DNA from: Candidatus Krumholzibacteriota bacterium
Lineage (GTDB): Bacteria > Krumholzibacteriota > Krumholzibacteriia > JAJRXK01
Direction: 5' to 3'
DNA: 64,000 nucleotides
Assembly (NCBI GenBank): GCA_963764625.1
Contig: CAVXTH010000009.1
Span: 608,001 to 672,000 of the forward strand
Shown: piece by piece, positions 33,309 through 43,234 of the stretch
How the letters are laid out: every line of letters begins with the position of its first letter
Numbering within the stretch: the stretch's first letter is position 1
The notes under the pieces: generated by a model
Database searches by the model: none
The model's input: only the letters and a program-made list of their open reading frames with translations
What the model was told of the DNA's origin: nothing
Made by a program: the position numbers and the translations under genes

Positions 33309-33325
33309 TTGGCACCCGGCCTGCT
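33309..33325 (+). promoter_or_regulatory. sigma54 (-24/-12) promoter
   Basis: TTGGCACCCGGCCTGCT matches TGGCAC-N5-(T)TGCW in an AT-rich upstream context. Predicted +1 is 33336. Confidence 0.75.
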
Positions 33326-33335
33326 TACGGAACCA

Positions 33336-33721
33336 GAGATGCCACACGGACACCTCTGACTTGCGTGGTTTGAAACGGCGACAAAGTCGCGAGCGGGCGA
33401 CGCAAGAAGTGTGGAAGAAGAGGAGACGGAGCCCGAGTGGAGCTCGACAGAGAAGCGCTGCGCCGGTCACCCCACGACCCCACCCAGACCGGCGCGCCCA
33501 TCGGGAAGCGCTGGAGCGAATCGAGGGTTCTGTAGCAAGGAAAGGGTTCCGGGGAGTTGGCGAGAACTCCCTCAAGATGCCGCCCGGCATCGGTGAGCCC
33601 TCAGCTGACGACGTTGCGGTCGGTGCTCTTGGCGAGGGAGCATCGCCCCTCGACCGAATTGGTCCCGTCGCCAGTCCCCATGCGGGGCGTCCCAATCAGG
33701 GAGGGCGCCCCGCGTTTTTTT
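33336..33721 (+). ncRNA. Candidate sigma54-dependent multi-domain structured ncRNA (about 385 nt)
   Basis: Bounded by a sigma54 promoter and a plus-strand intrinsic terminator. Four nested-helix domains with G-U pairs on the + strand; no convincing long ORF. Confidence 0.6.
33682..33721 (+). terminator. Intrinsic terminator
   Basis: Stem GCGGGGCGTCC/GGGCGCCCCGC followed by G and T7. Confidence 0.85.
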
Positions 33722-33733
33722 GTCCGTTTTTCC

Positions 33734-35740
33734 TCAGTTCTCGTCCTCGAGTTGCTTGCGCATCCAGGCGGGGCCCCTGCGCTGGAGAGCCTGAAGCACC
33801 GGCTCGTATTGAGCGGGCAGACGCTGAAAGGCCTGGCCCAAGATGTCGTCTTGCAGCGCTTTCAGGACCTGATTGAGAAGCCGAATGGTGCGTCGTTTCA
33901 CGCGGTGGCGCGGTTGCGATCCGGCGGTGAGAAGTTCGATCACCCGGGCGGTCGATCCACTGCTGACGAAGGCCTTCAGGGTCTCACCGTCGAGATAGTG
34001 GTTCATCTGGACTCGATCGACGATGGCCACGGGCTGGCCATGCGCGCGTCTTGACCTGAGTTGGCGGCTCGCCTCGAGCAGATTGAACCCGTTCTCGCGC
34101 CAGGCCGAGAGAATCTGTTCCTCGACGGAATCGCCGGTTCCACCCCGCGGGAGCGAAGCCTCCACTCCGTCCCTTGGTTGCTCGTTTCGCTGCGCGCCGG
34201 CGAAGCTCTTCTGTGGGTCGCGTCCCGCCGCCGCGGGGCCCGGGGCACCTTCAGGGGACTGAGGATCCGCGAGGGGTCGTTGACTCAGCTGCTGACTCGC
34301 GAACACGCGGCGCAGATGTTCGAGCCGAACGTGACGTTCGTCTCGGCTGCGGATGGCCAGCGCCTCGATCATGTTTTGGAGTTCGCGGACGTTGCCCGGG
34401 AAGAGATGGGCCTGAAGAGCGGAGATTACTTCAGGGTCCACCACCGGCTCCCGCAATCCAAAATCGGCGTAAAACCGCTTCAGAAACGCGCGGCTGAGAA
34501 TCTCGATGTCTCCGATGCGCTCACGCAGCGGGGGAAGGCGCAGCGGGTAGACTTGAACGCGATAGAAAAGGTCCTTGCGGAATTCCCCGCGTGCCACCGC
34601 TTCTCTGAGATCGACGTTGGTGGCGGCGACTACTCTGACGTCCACCGATCTGGTCTTCTCGCCCCCGACCGGTCGGAAGCGACCCTCCTGCAGCGCGCGC
34701 AGAAGGCGCGTCTGTGAGGCCAGGCTCATGTCTCCGATCTCGTCCAGAAAGAGGGTCCCACGATGCGCGAGCTCGAACGCGCCGCGCCGATCGCGCACCG
34801 CACCGGTGAATGCGCCACGCAGGTGTCCGAAGAGTTCGCTTTCGATGAGCTCACGGGGAATCGACGAACAGTCGACGATTTCCAGCGGTCCCCCCTGGCG
34901 GGCCGAGAGCTCGTGGATCGCGCGCGCCACGATTTCCTTTCCCGTACCACTCTCTCCCTGGATGAGCACGGTGGCGCGGCTGGGCGCCAGCTGCACCATG
35001 TCGCGGAAGAGCTGGAGGATCACTCTGCTTTCCCCGAGGATTCCGCGCAGTGGGGGATAGTTCTCGCGGAGTTCGCTCAGGGCGAGGGAGACTTCGCGAT
35101 GCACGTTTGTGGGAGTGCGTCCCAGGATGGGCGCCGGTCCCGCTCCTCGCTCGAGGGCGAGAGTGTAGAGCTCGGCCAAACTCGCGAAGACCTCGAGATC
35201 GTTCGACGAATACCCCTCGCTCAGAAGGCGCCTTCCCAAGAGCAAGAAGCCGAAGAGTCCCTGACGGCCGATGAGCGGACACACCACCGCGGCGTCGAGG
35301 GTCTCGATCTCCTTGCCGTAGGAGTGGAGGAAGTCCCCGGCCGGGCCGGGCACAAGATCCTGGTCGACGCGAAACGGCCGTCCATCGCTCTTTTGCTCGA
35401 AAGCCTGCGCCAGGGTACCCGGAAGGGGAACCTCGACTCTCTCCTCGATGTCCAATCCCGCGTGAACCAGAAGCTCCATGCGCTCGCGAGTGGGATCTCG
35501 CCGGAGGACGCTGGCCGAGGATGCGCCCAGGACGCCGATGACCGAGAGAAGCACGCGGCGGACCACGTCGTCCGCGTCCCGCGCGCGCAGGAGCTCGCGG
35601 CTGGTCTCGACCAGAGTGAGCAGCTCGAAGATGCGGGTCTGCAGGTCGTCCGTGCTCGCGTGGGCGAAGTCGAGGTATTCACCCGTGAACGGTATTTCTT
35701 CCTCGCGGTCGATCACGAATCCTCCCCGTGATGGAGTCAC
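33734..35740 (-). CDS. sigma54 enhancer-binding protein (GAF + AAA+ + HTH-like + extra C-terminal module)
   Basis: GAF-like N-terminus, GESGTGKE, ELFGHLRGAFTGA, LFLDEIGDM and FPGNVRELQN. Confidence 0.93.
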   Translation of the reverse strand: MTPSRGGFVIDREEEIPFTGEYLDFAHASTDDLQTRIFELLTLVETSRELLRARDADDVVRRVLLSVIGVLGASSASVLRRDPTRERMELLVHAGLDIEERVEVPLPGTLAQAFEQKSDGRPFRVDQDLVPGPAGDFLHSYGKEIETLDAAVVCPLIGRQGLFGFLLLGRRLLSEGYSSNDLEVFASLAELYTLALERGAGPAPILGRTPTNVHREVSLALSELRENYPPLRGILGESRVILQLFRDMVQLAPSRATVLIQGESGTGKEIVARAIHELSARQGGPLEIVDCSSIPRELIESELFGHLRGAFTGAVRDRRGAFELAHRGTLFLDEIGDMSLASQTRLLRALQEGRFRPVGGEKTRSVDVRVVAATNVDLREAVARGEFRKDLFYRVQVYPLRLPPLRERIGDIEILSRAFLKRFYADFGLREPVVDPEVISALQAHLFPGNVRELQNMIEALAIRSRDERHVRLEHLRRVFASQQLSQRPLADPQSPEGAPGPAAAGRDPQKSFAGAQRNEQPRDGVEASLPRGGTGDSVEEQILSAWRENGFNLLEASRQLRSRRAHGQPVAIVDRVQMNHYLDGETLKAFVSSGSTARVIELLTAGSQPRHRVKRRTIRLLNQVLKALQDDILGQAFQRLPAQYEPVLQALQRRGPAWMRKQLEDEN

Positions 35741-35959
35741 GCGTCAGCCCAGAGGACATACGCACGAATCCCCCGGTGGGTTCGAAAGCTCGCAGCGGTG
35801 GCGAATCAAAGGCGAGACTAGCATGAAGCCGCCTCGCTGTCCCTCGCGGCCCTTTACGCCTGCCCGCGAGGCTTCTACACTCCAGCTTCCGGTCGCCGGC
35901 GGCGAGCAACAAGACGCCACCGCGGCCGAGAACGACTTTCCTTCAGCCGGAGGCTCGCC

Positions 35960-37567
35960 GTGCGCAGGCTCTCGAGTGCCGTTCTTCCCAACTCGCCGGA
36001 CTTCAAACGCAATCTGAGCGCGAACCGCGCCCGCGCGGAGGCACTGAAGGAGGCCCTGGCCGCGGTTCGGCTCGGAGGGAGCGAGCGCTCGCGCGAACTG
36101 CATCAGAGCCGCGGCAAGCTCCTGGTGCGCGACCGCATCGACGCCCTGCTCGATCAGGGTAGCCCGTTCCTGGAATTTTCGCCGCTCGCCGCGCACGAAG
36201 TGTACTCCGCGCCGCTTCCGGCTGCGGGGATCGTGACCGGAGTCGGCAACATCCACGGCCGGCAGGTGATGATCGTCGCCAATGACGCCACGGTGAAAGG
36301 CGGAACCTATCATCCGCTCACCGTGAAGAAACACCTGCGCGCTCAGGAAATCGCGCTCGAGAATCGGCTTCCCTGCATCTATCTCGTGGACAGCGGGGGG
36401 GCATTCCTGCCGCTGCAGGCCGAGGTCTTTCCCGATCGCGAGCACTTCGGCCGCATCTTTTACAACCAGGCTCAGATGAGTGCCCGTGACATCCCCCAGA
36501 TCTCGGCCGTGCTGGGTTCTTGCACCGCCGGTGGCGCCTACGTTCCCGCAATGAGCGATGAAGTGGTCATCGTGAAGGAACAGGGAACCATCTTTCTGGG
36601 CGGCCCCCCTCTGGTCAAAGCGGCAACCGGGGAGGAGGTCACTACCGAGGAACTCGGAGGGGGCGACGTGCACACCCGAATTAGCGGTGTCGCCGACGCT
36701 CTGGCCAACGACGACTCGCACGCGCTCTCCATCGTGCGGAACATGGTGGAGAACCTGCGCCTCGAGCAAAAGGCGATGATGCCGCGAGAGTCCCCCGAAG
36801 ATCCGCATTACGACCCGGAAGAGCTGATGGGAATTCTGCCCGAGGATCCGCGTCGGCCCTTCGAGGTGCGCGAAGTCATCGCGCGTCTCGTCGATGGTTC
36901 GCGCTTCCACGAGTTCAAGGAACGTTATGGCACGACCGTGGTCACTGGCTTCGGGCGTGTGCACGGTTACGAGATCGGAATCGTCGCCAACAACGGAGTT
37001 CTGTTCAGCGAGAGCGCGCTCAAGGTGACCCACTTCGTTCAGTTGTGCTGCGCCCGCCGGATCCCGCTCCTCTTTCTCCAGAACATCACCGGATACATGG
37101 TCGGGAAGAAATACGAGCAGGGTGGCATCGCCAAGGATGGGGCCAAGATGGTGAACGCGGTGGCGAACGCCGCGGTCCCCAAATTCACCATCATCATCGG
37201 TGGGAGTCATGGGGCCGGCAATTACGGCATGTGCGGGCGGGCCTATCAGCCACGCCTTCTCTTCATGTGGCCGGGCAGTCGTATCAGCGTGATGGGCGGC
37301 GAACAAGCCGCGGGAGTGCTCGCCACCGTCAAGCAGGAGCAACTCGCGCGCAAGGGCGAGGCAATGTCGCCGGAGGAAGAGGAGGCCTTCAAGCAACCGA
37401 TTCTGGACAAGTACGCTCTGGAGAGTTCCCCCTACTATTCCACCGCGCGGCTGTGGGATGACGGAATCATCGATCCCCTGCAGACGCGCGACATCTTAGG
37501 GCTTTCTCTGGAGATGTCCTTCAACGCACCCTTGCAGAAAACCGATTACGGCGTATTTCGTTTCTAG
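35960..37567 (+). CDS. mccB: Methylcrotonoyl-CoA carboxylase beta (carboxyltransferase) subunit
   Basis: [40 protein letters not shown] and C-terminal YGVFRF. Confidence 0.9.
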   Translation: MRRLSSAVLPNSPDFKRNLSANRARAEALKEALAAVRLGGSERSRELHQSRGKLLVRDRIDALLDQGSPFLEFSPLAAHEVYSAPLPAAGIVTGVGNIHGRQVMIVANDATVKGGTYHPLTVKKHLRAQEIALENRLPCIYLVDSGGAFLPLQAEVFPDREHFGRIFYNQAQMSARDIPQISAVLGSCTAGGAYVPAMSDEVVIVKEQGTIFLGGPPLVKAATGEEVTTEELGGGDVHTRISGVADALANDDSHALSIVRNMVENLRLEQKAMMPRESPEDPHYDPEELMGILPEDPRRPFEVREVIARLVDGSRFHEFKERYGTTVVTGFGRVHGYEIGIVANNGVLFSESALKVTHFVQLCCARRIPLLFLQNITGYMVGKKYEQGGIAKDGAKMVNAVANAAVPKFTIIIGGSHGAGNYGMCGRAYQPRLLFMWPGSRISVMGGEQAAGVLATVKQEQLARKGEAMSPEEEEAFKQPILDKYALESSPYYSTARLWDDGIIDPLQTRDILGLSLEMSFNAPLQKTDYGVFRF

Positions 37568-37657
37568 CTCGACAAACGGCTCCCGCGCGTTCCCCGATCG
37601 GAATTCCGACCTTCCGCGGGCTCTAGGCCAGAGCTGGTCGTACAGCACCATCGGAGA

Positions 37658-39010
37658 GTGATCATGGATCTCAACGCGTCCTACAAAGCGCACGTGGAGG
37701 AACTCGACGAACGTACCACCTCGATTCTGCGGACGCTCTCGAAGAAGAACGGAGGGTATCGAGGCATCGTCTTTGCGGCCGGGGGGGAGACCCTCTACCA
37801 CGCTGACGATCAACCCGTGCCGTTCAAACCGTCCTTCCACTTCGCGCGTTGGGCTCCCGTCAAGGGTCCAGATCATCTATTGGTGTTCCGCCCACAGGAG
37901 GTTCCGCTGCTAGTTCGAGTGGTGCCGCGAGACTATTGGTACGAGACTCCGACCGAAATCGAGCATCCCTATCCCCGTACTCTCTGCGTGGAAACCGTGG
38001 CCGATGTCCGGGCCGCGGTGGGGGCGGTCGGGAGGCTGGAAGGTTTCGCCTACGTCGGGCCCGACTCGAAAATGGCACGAGCCCTGGACATTCCGGCCGG
38101 AGACGTGGAGCCGGAAGAACTCATGATGCGACTCGATTGGGACCGGGGCTTAAAAACGCCCTACGAAATCGACTGCATTCGCGGCGCGGTGCGCAAGGCC
38201 GCGCGCGGCCATGCCACGGTTCGCGCCGCGGCGGAGGAGGGGTACTCCGAACGCGTCATGCACGCCAGTTATCTTGCCGCCATCGAACATCTGGAACACG
38301 AAGTTCCCTATACAAACATCATCGCCTGGAATGAACACTCCGCGGTTCTTCACTACCAGAGCAAGGAAGTCACACTGCCCTCCGCCACCCGGAACTTGCT
38401 GATCGATGCAGGGGCAATGGTCCACGGCTACGCAAGTGACATCACCCGGACCTATCCCCAGGCGGCAGCGCACCGTATTTTCCGCGAGCTGGTAACTCAA
38501 CTCGAGCTCTTACAGCGCGAGCTCGTCGAGGGCGTGGGGCCGGGTCGATCTTATCTCGAGCTGCACGAAACGGCTCACCGGGGAGTGGCCAAGATCCTCT
38601 GCGATCTCGCGGTGTTGAAAGTCAGTCCCGAGGAGGCCTTCGATCAGGGTCTCACCGACCCCTTCTTCCCGCACGGCCTGGGTCATCATCTGGGTCTCCA
38701 GGTGCACGACGTTGGGGGACGGCAAGAATCACCCTCGGGGGGCCACGTCGAACCTCCGGCCCGCCATGCCCACCTGCGCACCACGCGCGCCATGGCTCCG
38801 GGCCAAGTTCTCACCATCGAGCCGGGAATCTACTTCATCGCGATGTTGTTGGAACCGTTCCGACAGGGTGAGCGGGCTTCCGCATTCAACTGGAAGCTGA
38901 TCGACGAGTTGCTGCTCTGCGGAGGCGCGCGCATCGAGGACGACATTCTCTGCACGGCTGGTGGCAGAGAAGATCTGTCCCGCGGAAGCATCCCCGGTCA
39001 CCTCGACTGA
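37658..39010 (+). CDS. pepQ: Xaa-Pro dipeptidase (prolidase)
   Basis: LIDAGA...YASDITRTY, FPHGLGHHLGLQVHDVGG, TIEPGIYF and RIEDD. Confidence 0.92.
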   Translation: MIMDLNASYKAHVEELDERTTSILRTLSKKNGGYRGIVFAAGGETLYHADDQPVPFKPSFHFARWAPVKGPDHLLVFRPQEVPLLVRVVPRDYWYETPTEIEHPYPRTLCVETVADVRAAVGAVGRLEGFAYVGPDSKMARALDIPAGDVEPEELMMRLDWDRGLKTPYEIDCIRGAVRKAARGHATVRAAAEEGYSERVMHASYLAAIEHLEHEVPYTNIIAWNEHSAVLHYQSKEVTLPSATRNLLIDAGAMVHGYASDITRTYPQAAAHRIFRELVTQLELLQRELVEGVGPGRSYLELHETAHRGVAKILCDLAVLKVSPEEAFDQGLTDPFFPHGLGHHLGLQVHDVGGRQESPSGGHVEPPARHAHLRTTRAMAPGQVLTIEPGIYFIAMLLEPFRQGERASAFNWKLIDELLLCGGARIEDDILCTAGGREDLSRGSIPGHLD

Positions 39011-39032
39011 AGCGCTTTCGGTTCTCAGGGAG

Positions 39033-40445
39033 CTACGCGGATTCCGCGTAGTGATCGGAGAGAACCTTCGCCACGCACGAAGTCAGCCGCTTCGCGGTCT
39101 TGACGTGGAGGAATTCGTTCGGACCGTGCGCGTTCGACGAGGGCCCGAGGACTCCGGTGATCAGGAACTGCGCCTTGGGAAAGCGCTTCCCGAGCATGGC
39201 CATGAAGGGAATGCTTCCCCCTTCGCCCATGTAGCAAGCCGGTTTTCCGAAGAAGGTTTTCGAAGCCTCCTCGAGGGATGATTCCAGCCAAGAAGCCAGC
39301 GGTGGGGCGTCCCATCCGGCGGCGGGCTCGTCGATCACGAACTCGACACGAGCGTCGTAGGGTGGGTTGGACTCCATGGCCTTCTTGAGGCTCGCCGCGG
39401 CCAGTTTCGGATCGGCCGTTGGCGGGAGCCGGAAGGACAATTTGAAGATCGTCTCGGGTCGTAGAACGTTTCCCGCGTTGCGAACGCTGGGAAAGCCGTC
39501 GGCGCCGGTGACGCACAGAGTGGGCCGCCAGGTGCGCCGGAGCACCAATTCGGTCTTGTCGTTCGTGGTCGGCTTGGTGCCCGGATTCAAGGGAAACTGC
39601 TCGTAGACACTATCCCCGAGCATCTTCGCCACCACTTCGGCTTGTTGCATGCGCTGCTCGGGGATCGTCACGTTCAATTCCGGCAGGAGAATGTCGCCGG
39701 TCTCCTGATCTTCGATGCGACTGAGGATGGCTCTCGCCACGCGGAAGCTCTCCGCGACCACGCCGCTCCCGTCTCCGGAGTGTACCCCCTCGGTGAGGAG
39801 CTGGATCGTGAGCTTCCCGGTGACGTTGCCACGAAGACTGGTCGTGCTCCAGAGCTGGTCGTAGTTGCCGCAACCCGAGTCGAGACACACCACCAGGCTC
39901 GGAGTGCCGATGCGATCGGAGAGATGTTCGATGTAGGCGGGCAGATCGGGGCTACCACTTTCCTCGCACGCCTCGATGAGAACGACACAGCGCGCATGGT
40001 CGAGCCCCTGATCCTGCAGCGATTCGATCGCGGTCATGGCCGCGAAGATGGCATACCCGTCGTCAGCCCCTCCACGACCAAAGAGCTTGCCGTCCTGCAG
40101 AACTGGCGTCCAGGGTCCTTTCCCCTCGTCCCATCCGACCATCTCGGGTTGCTTGTCGAGGTGACCGTAGAGCAGCACGGTTTCGCTGCCCTTGCCCGGA
40201 ATTTCGATGAAAATGAGCGGAGTACGCTTGGGCAGGCGGATCAACTCCAGCTTCAGGCCTTCGACACTGCGATCCTTGGCCCAGTCGCTCAACAGCTGCA
40301 CTGCCTTCTCCATGTGACCGTGTTCTTCCCACTCCGGGTCGAACATCGGTGACTTGTTGGGAATGGCGATGTATTCGGCGATGACGGGAAGAATCTCCTC
40401 CTCCCACGTTTGCTCGACGTGATTCTGCAACCGGTCCAAGTCCAT
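39033..40445 (-). CDS. M20 family metallopeptidase (dipeptidase)
   Basis: YGHLDKQP, GRGGADDG, EESGS and AHGPNE. Confidence 0.92.
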   Translation of the reverse strand: MDLDRLQNHVEQTWEEEILPVIAEYIAIPNKSPMFDPEWEEHGHMEKAVQLLSDWAKDRSVEGLKLELIRLPKRTPLIFIEIPGKGSETVLLYGHLDKQPEMVGWDEGKGPWTPVLQDGKLFGRGGADDGYAIFAAMTAIESLQDQGLDHARCVVLIEACEESGSPDLPAYIEHLSDRIGTPSLVVCLDSGCGNYDQLWSTTSLRGNVTGKLTIQLLTEGVHSGDGSGVVAESFRVARAILSRIEDQETGDILLPELNVTIPEQRMQQAEVVAKMLGDSVYEQFPLNPGTKPTTNDKTELVLRRTWRPTLCVTGADGFPSVRNAGNVLRPETIFKLSFRLPPTADPKLAAASLKKAMESNPPYDARVEFVIDEPAAGWDAPPLASWLESSLEEASKTFFGKPACYMGEGGSIPFMAMLGKRFPKAQFLITGVLGPSSNAHGPNEFLHVKTAKRLTSCVAKVLSDHYAESA

Positions 40446-40633
40446 GGCTCCTCCAGATGGGACTTTGATGTTTCTCTGCCTAGCCTAGCAGGCGAGGTCC
40501 ATTTGGGCCAGGGGTCTGGTGGACGAGTTTCCAGGAGCCCTCTATACTGCCCTCCCGTCCCGTCGCGTCCACTGGCGCCGGGAAGGACTCGATTCCCCGT
40601 TCTACGCCTCGATTCGCGTGAAGGAATTCCAAC

Positions 40634-42439
40634 GTGACGCAAGCCATACGCATTGCCAACGCCGGAGGCTATTGGGGAGATGACCTCAGCGTGCTGCGGC
40701 GACAGCTCGAGGGCGGGGCCCTGGATGTCATCACGATCGACTATCTGGCCGAAATCACGATGTCCATCCTCCAGAAACAGCACAGCCGAAACCACAAACT
40801 GGGCTATGCGCACGATTTCGTCGATCAAGTGCGCGAGGTCCTGCCACTACTGGTCGAAACGGGCACCAAGATCATCACCAATGCAGGGGGCGTGAACCCC
40901 TTTTCCTGCCGCGACGAATTGCTGAAAATCGCCGAGGAAAACTCGAGCCCATTGAGAGTGGGACTCGTGGCGGGGGACGAGGTCCTCGAGTCTCTTTCCA
41001 CTTGGCACGAGCAGGGCGAAGCGCTCACCAACATGGACGACGGACGGGATTTCGCGGAAGCGACGGGAAAATTCACCAGCGCGAACGTCTATTTCGGAGC
41101 CGCTCCGGTAGTGGAGGCCCTGAAACTCGACGCTCAGGTCATCGTCACCGGTCGGGTCACCGACACCGGCATCTCACTCGCGCCGATGATTCACCGCTTC
41201 GGCTGGAAGTGGGACGACTACGACCAACTCGCGGCCGGAATCGTCGCCGCGCACATTCTCGAGTGCGGAGCCCAGAGCACGGGAGGGAATTTCACCGATT
41301 GGAAACGGGTGCCGAGTTTCCACGATGTTGGCTATCCGATCGTCGAAATGCAGCCCGACGGGTCCTTCTTCGTCACCAAGCACGAGGGCACTGGCGGATT
41401 GGTGTGCGTGGAAACCGTAAAGGAACAACTCGTCTACGAAATGGGCGATCCGAGTTCCTACATCACGCCCGACGTGGTGGCTGCCTTCGCTTCGATCAAA
41501 CTGGAGCAGGCGGGGAAGAACCGCGTGCGAGTCTGGGGGATCAAAGGAGCGCCGCCCACGGACACGCTCAAGATTTCGGCCAGCTTGCGCGAGGGATACA
41601 AGGCTAGCGGCGCCGTCATCATCTGCGGTCCGCAAGCTCGCGCCAAGGGAGAGACCTTCGCCGACATCCTGTGGAAGCGACTTCCCGAATATGAGGAGCG
41701 CTTGGTGGAATTCGTGGGAGCGGATGCCACCTGGGGATCCATGTCACCTACCCACGATGCCAGCGAAATCTATCTGCGCATGGGCGTCCGCGATAAGAGC
41801 CGTCCCAAGATCATGGCGTTCTCCAAGATGCTCGCCGCATTGATTCTCTCCGGACCTCCCGGAGTCGCCGTCACCGGCGGCAGGCCTCGGGTGCAAGAGG
41901 TCGTCGGGTACTGGCCCTGTCTGATCCCCAGGAGCCGATGCGAAGCGGTGGTGGAGGTCTCTGATTCGGCCGGCACGGAGAAACTCGAAGTGTCTTTCGG
42001 CAAGGGCACGGGCGACGGTCGCTGTCCAGTAGAGGCGGGAGTTTCCGAGGCCCAGACCCTTCGCCCCAGTGGTAGACTCGTCAGGGTACCGCTGCACCGG
42101 CTGGCGCACGGACGCAGCGGCGACAAGGGGGACACCAGCAACATCGGGGTGATCGCTCGCCATCCGAGCATCTATCCCTGGCTGAAGGAGACCCTCACCG
42201 AAGAGACGGTACAGCGGCGTTTCGAGGGAATCTGTCACGGCGGAGTGAAACGCTTCGAGGTTCCCAATCTGCACGCGTTGAATTTCCTTCTCTTCGAGTC
42301 ACTCGGTGGAGGGGGTACCTTTTCGCTGCACATCGACGCTCAGGGAAAGACCTATGCCCCTGCGCTGCTGGCCATGGAGTTCGAGGTGGACGAGGCACTG
42401 GTGAGTGCGGCGGATTCGACGCGAGGAGACGAGTCATGA
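40634..42439 (+). CDS. atuA: Acyclic terpene utilization AtuA family protein
   Basis: IRIANAGGYWGD, DYLAEITM, LECGAQSTGGNF, RSGDKGD and DAQGK. Confidence 0.88.
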   Translation: MTQAIRIANAGGYWGDDLSVLRRQLEGGALDVITIDYLAEITMSILQKQHSRNHKLGYAHDFVDQVREVLPLLVETGTKIITNAGGVNPFSCRDELLKIAEENSSPLRVGLVAGDEVLESLSTWHEQGEALTNMDDGRDFAEATGKFTSANVYFGAAPVVEALKLDAQVIVTGRVTDTGISLAPMIHRFGWKWDDYDQLAAGIVAAHILECGAQSTGGNFTDWKRVPSFHDVGYPIVEMQPDGSFFVTKHEGTGGLVCVETVKEQLVYEMGDPSSYITPDVVAAFASIKLEQAGKNRVRVWGIKGAPPTDTLKISASLREGYKASGAVIICGPQARAKGETFADILWKRLPEYEERLVEFVGADATWGSMSPTHDASEIYLRMGVRDKSRPKIMAFSKMLAALILSGPPGVAVTGGRPRVQEVVGYWPCLIPRSRCEAVVEVSDSAGTEKLEVSFGKGTGDGRCPVEAGVSEAQTLRPSGRLVRVPLHRLAHGRSGDKGDTSNIGVIARHPSIYPWLKETLTEETVQRRFEGICHGGVKRFEVPNLHALNFLLFESLGGGGTFSLHIDAQGKTYAPALLAMEFEVDEALVSAADSTRGDES

Positions 42440-43234
42440 GCGACAAACTGATGCAAATCTGCCAAGGGCTCCACGCGTGAGCTACGTCTGAACCGACCCG
42501 AGATTCGCAACGCCCTCGACGAAGAACTCATCGAGGAACTCACCGACGGCATCCACGCCGCGGCTGCGGACTCGGCCGTGCGCTTCGTGCTGCTGAGTGG
42601 GGCGGGGAAGTCCTTCTGTGCCGGCGCGGACATCGGGTACATGCGCCGCCTGGCCGAATACGACCACGAAGACAATCTCGCCGACGCGCGCACGCTGAGC
42701 GCGCTTTACGAAGCCATCTCCGCCTGTCCCAAGCCGGTCGTCGCGCGGGTCCAGGGCGCGGCAATCGGCGGAGGCCTCGGCCTCGTCGCCGCGGCCGACG
42801 TGGTGGTGGCCGCACAGGGGACGAAGTTCGGTCTGACCGAGGCACGGTTGGGAATTCTCCCGGCGGTGATCTCCCCCTTCGTGTTGCGACGTCTGGGACC
42901 GGGAGCCTGTCGCACACTTTTCCTGAGCACCCAGATCTTCACCGCCAACAAGGCGCAGCGTCTGGGTCTTGTGGACGAGATCGCGCCACTCGCAGAGCTG
43001 GATGCCACCGTCGACGTCATCCTGAAAGAACTGAGTCTGGGAGGGCCGAAGGCGCAAGCCGAATGCAAACGTCTTCTGGACGAAATTGGATCTCTGCCTC
43101 TTTCCGAAGCGAAGAAGATCACTCCGGAATACATCGCGACGCAACGGGCGACCGACGAGGCCAAAGAGGGGTTCGACGCCTACTTCGAGAAGCGTCCCAC
43201 GAAGTGGGTGGCCGAATTCGAGGAGGAAGAATGA
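42436..43234 (+). CDS. Enoyl-CoA hydratase / methylglutaconyl-CoA hydratase (frameshift near 42458)
   Basis: ATG overlaps the atuA stop. LNRPEIRNALD, FCAGADI, GGGLGL and EARLGILPAVISP. Confidence 0.85.

Noticed and set aside
33336-33721. RNase P RNA, tmRNA or CsrB-like identity for the candidate RNA
   Set aside because: No GAGGAAAGTCC or ACAGAACCCGGCTTA and no tRNA-like ends. The 11 GGA triplets are only modestly above expectation and mostly not in loops.
33166-33876. 236-aa and 61-aa ORFs across the intergenic region
   Set aside because: The long ORF has low-complexity Arg/Pro composition and crosses the promoter and terminator. The short one has no RBS and no recognisable motif.
35744-37396. 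Long antisense ORFs (also 43180-44679, 54509-56200, 46284-47558 and others)
   Set aside because: Shadow or alternate-frame ORFs of well-supported genes in high-GC DNA.
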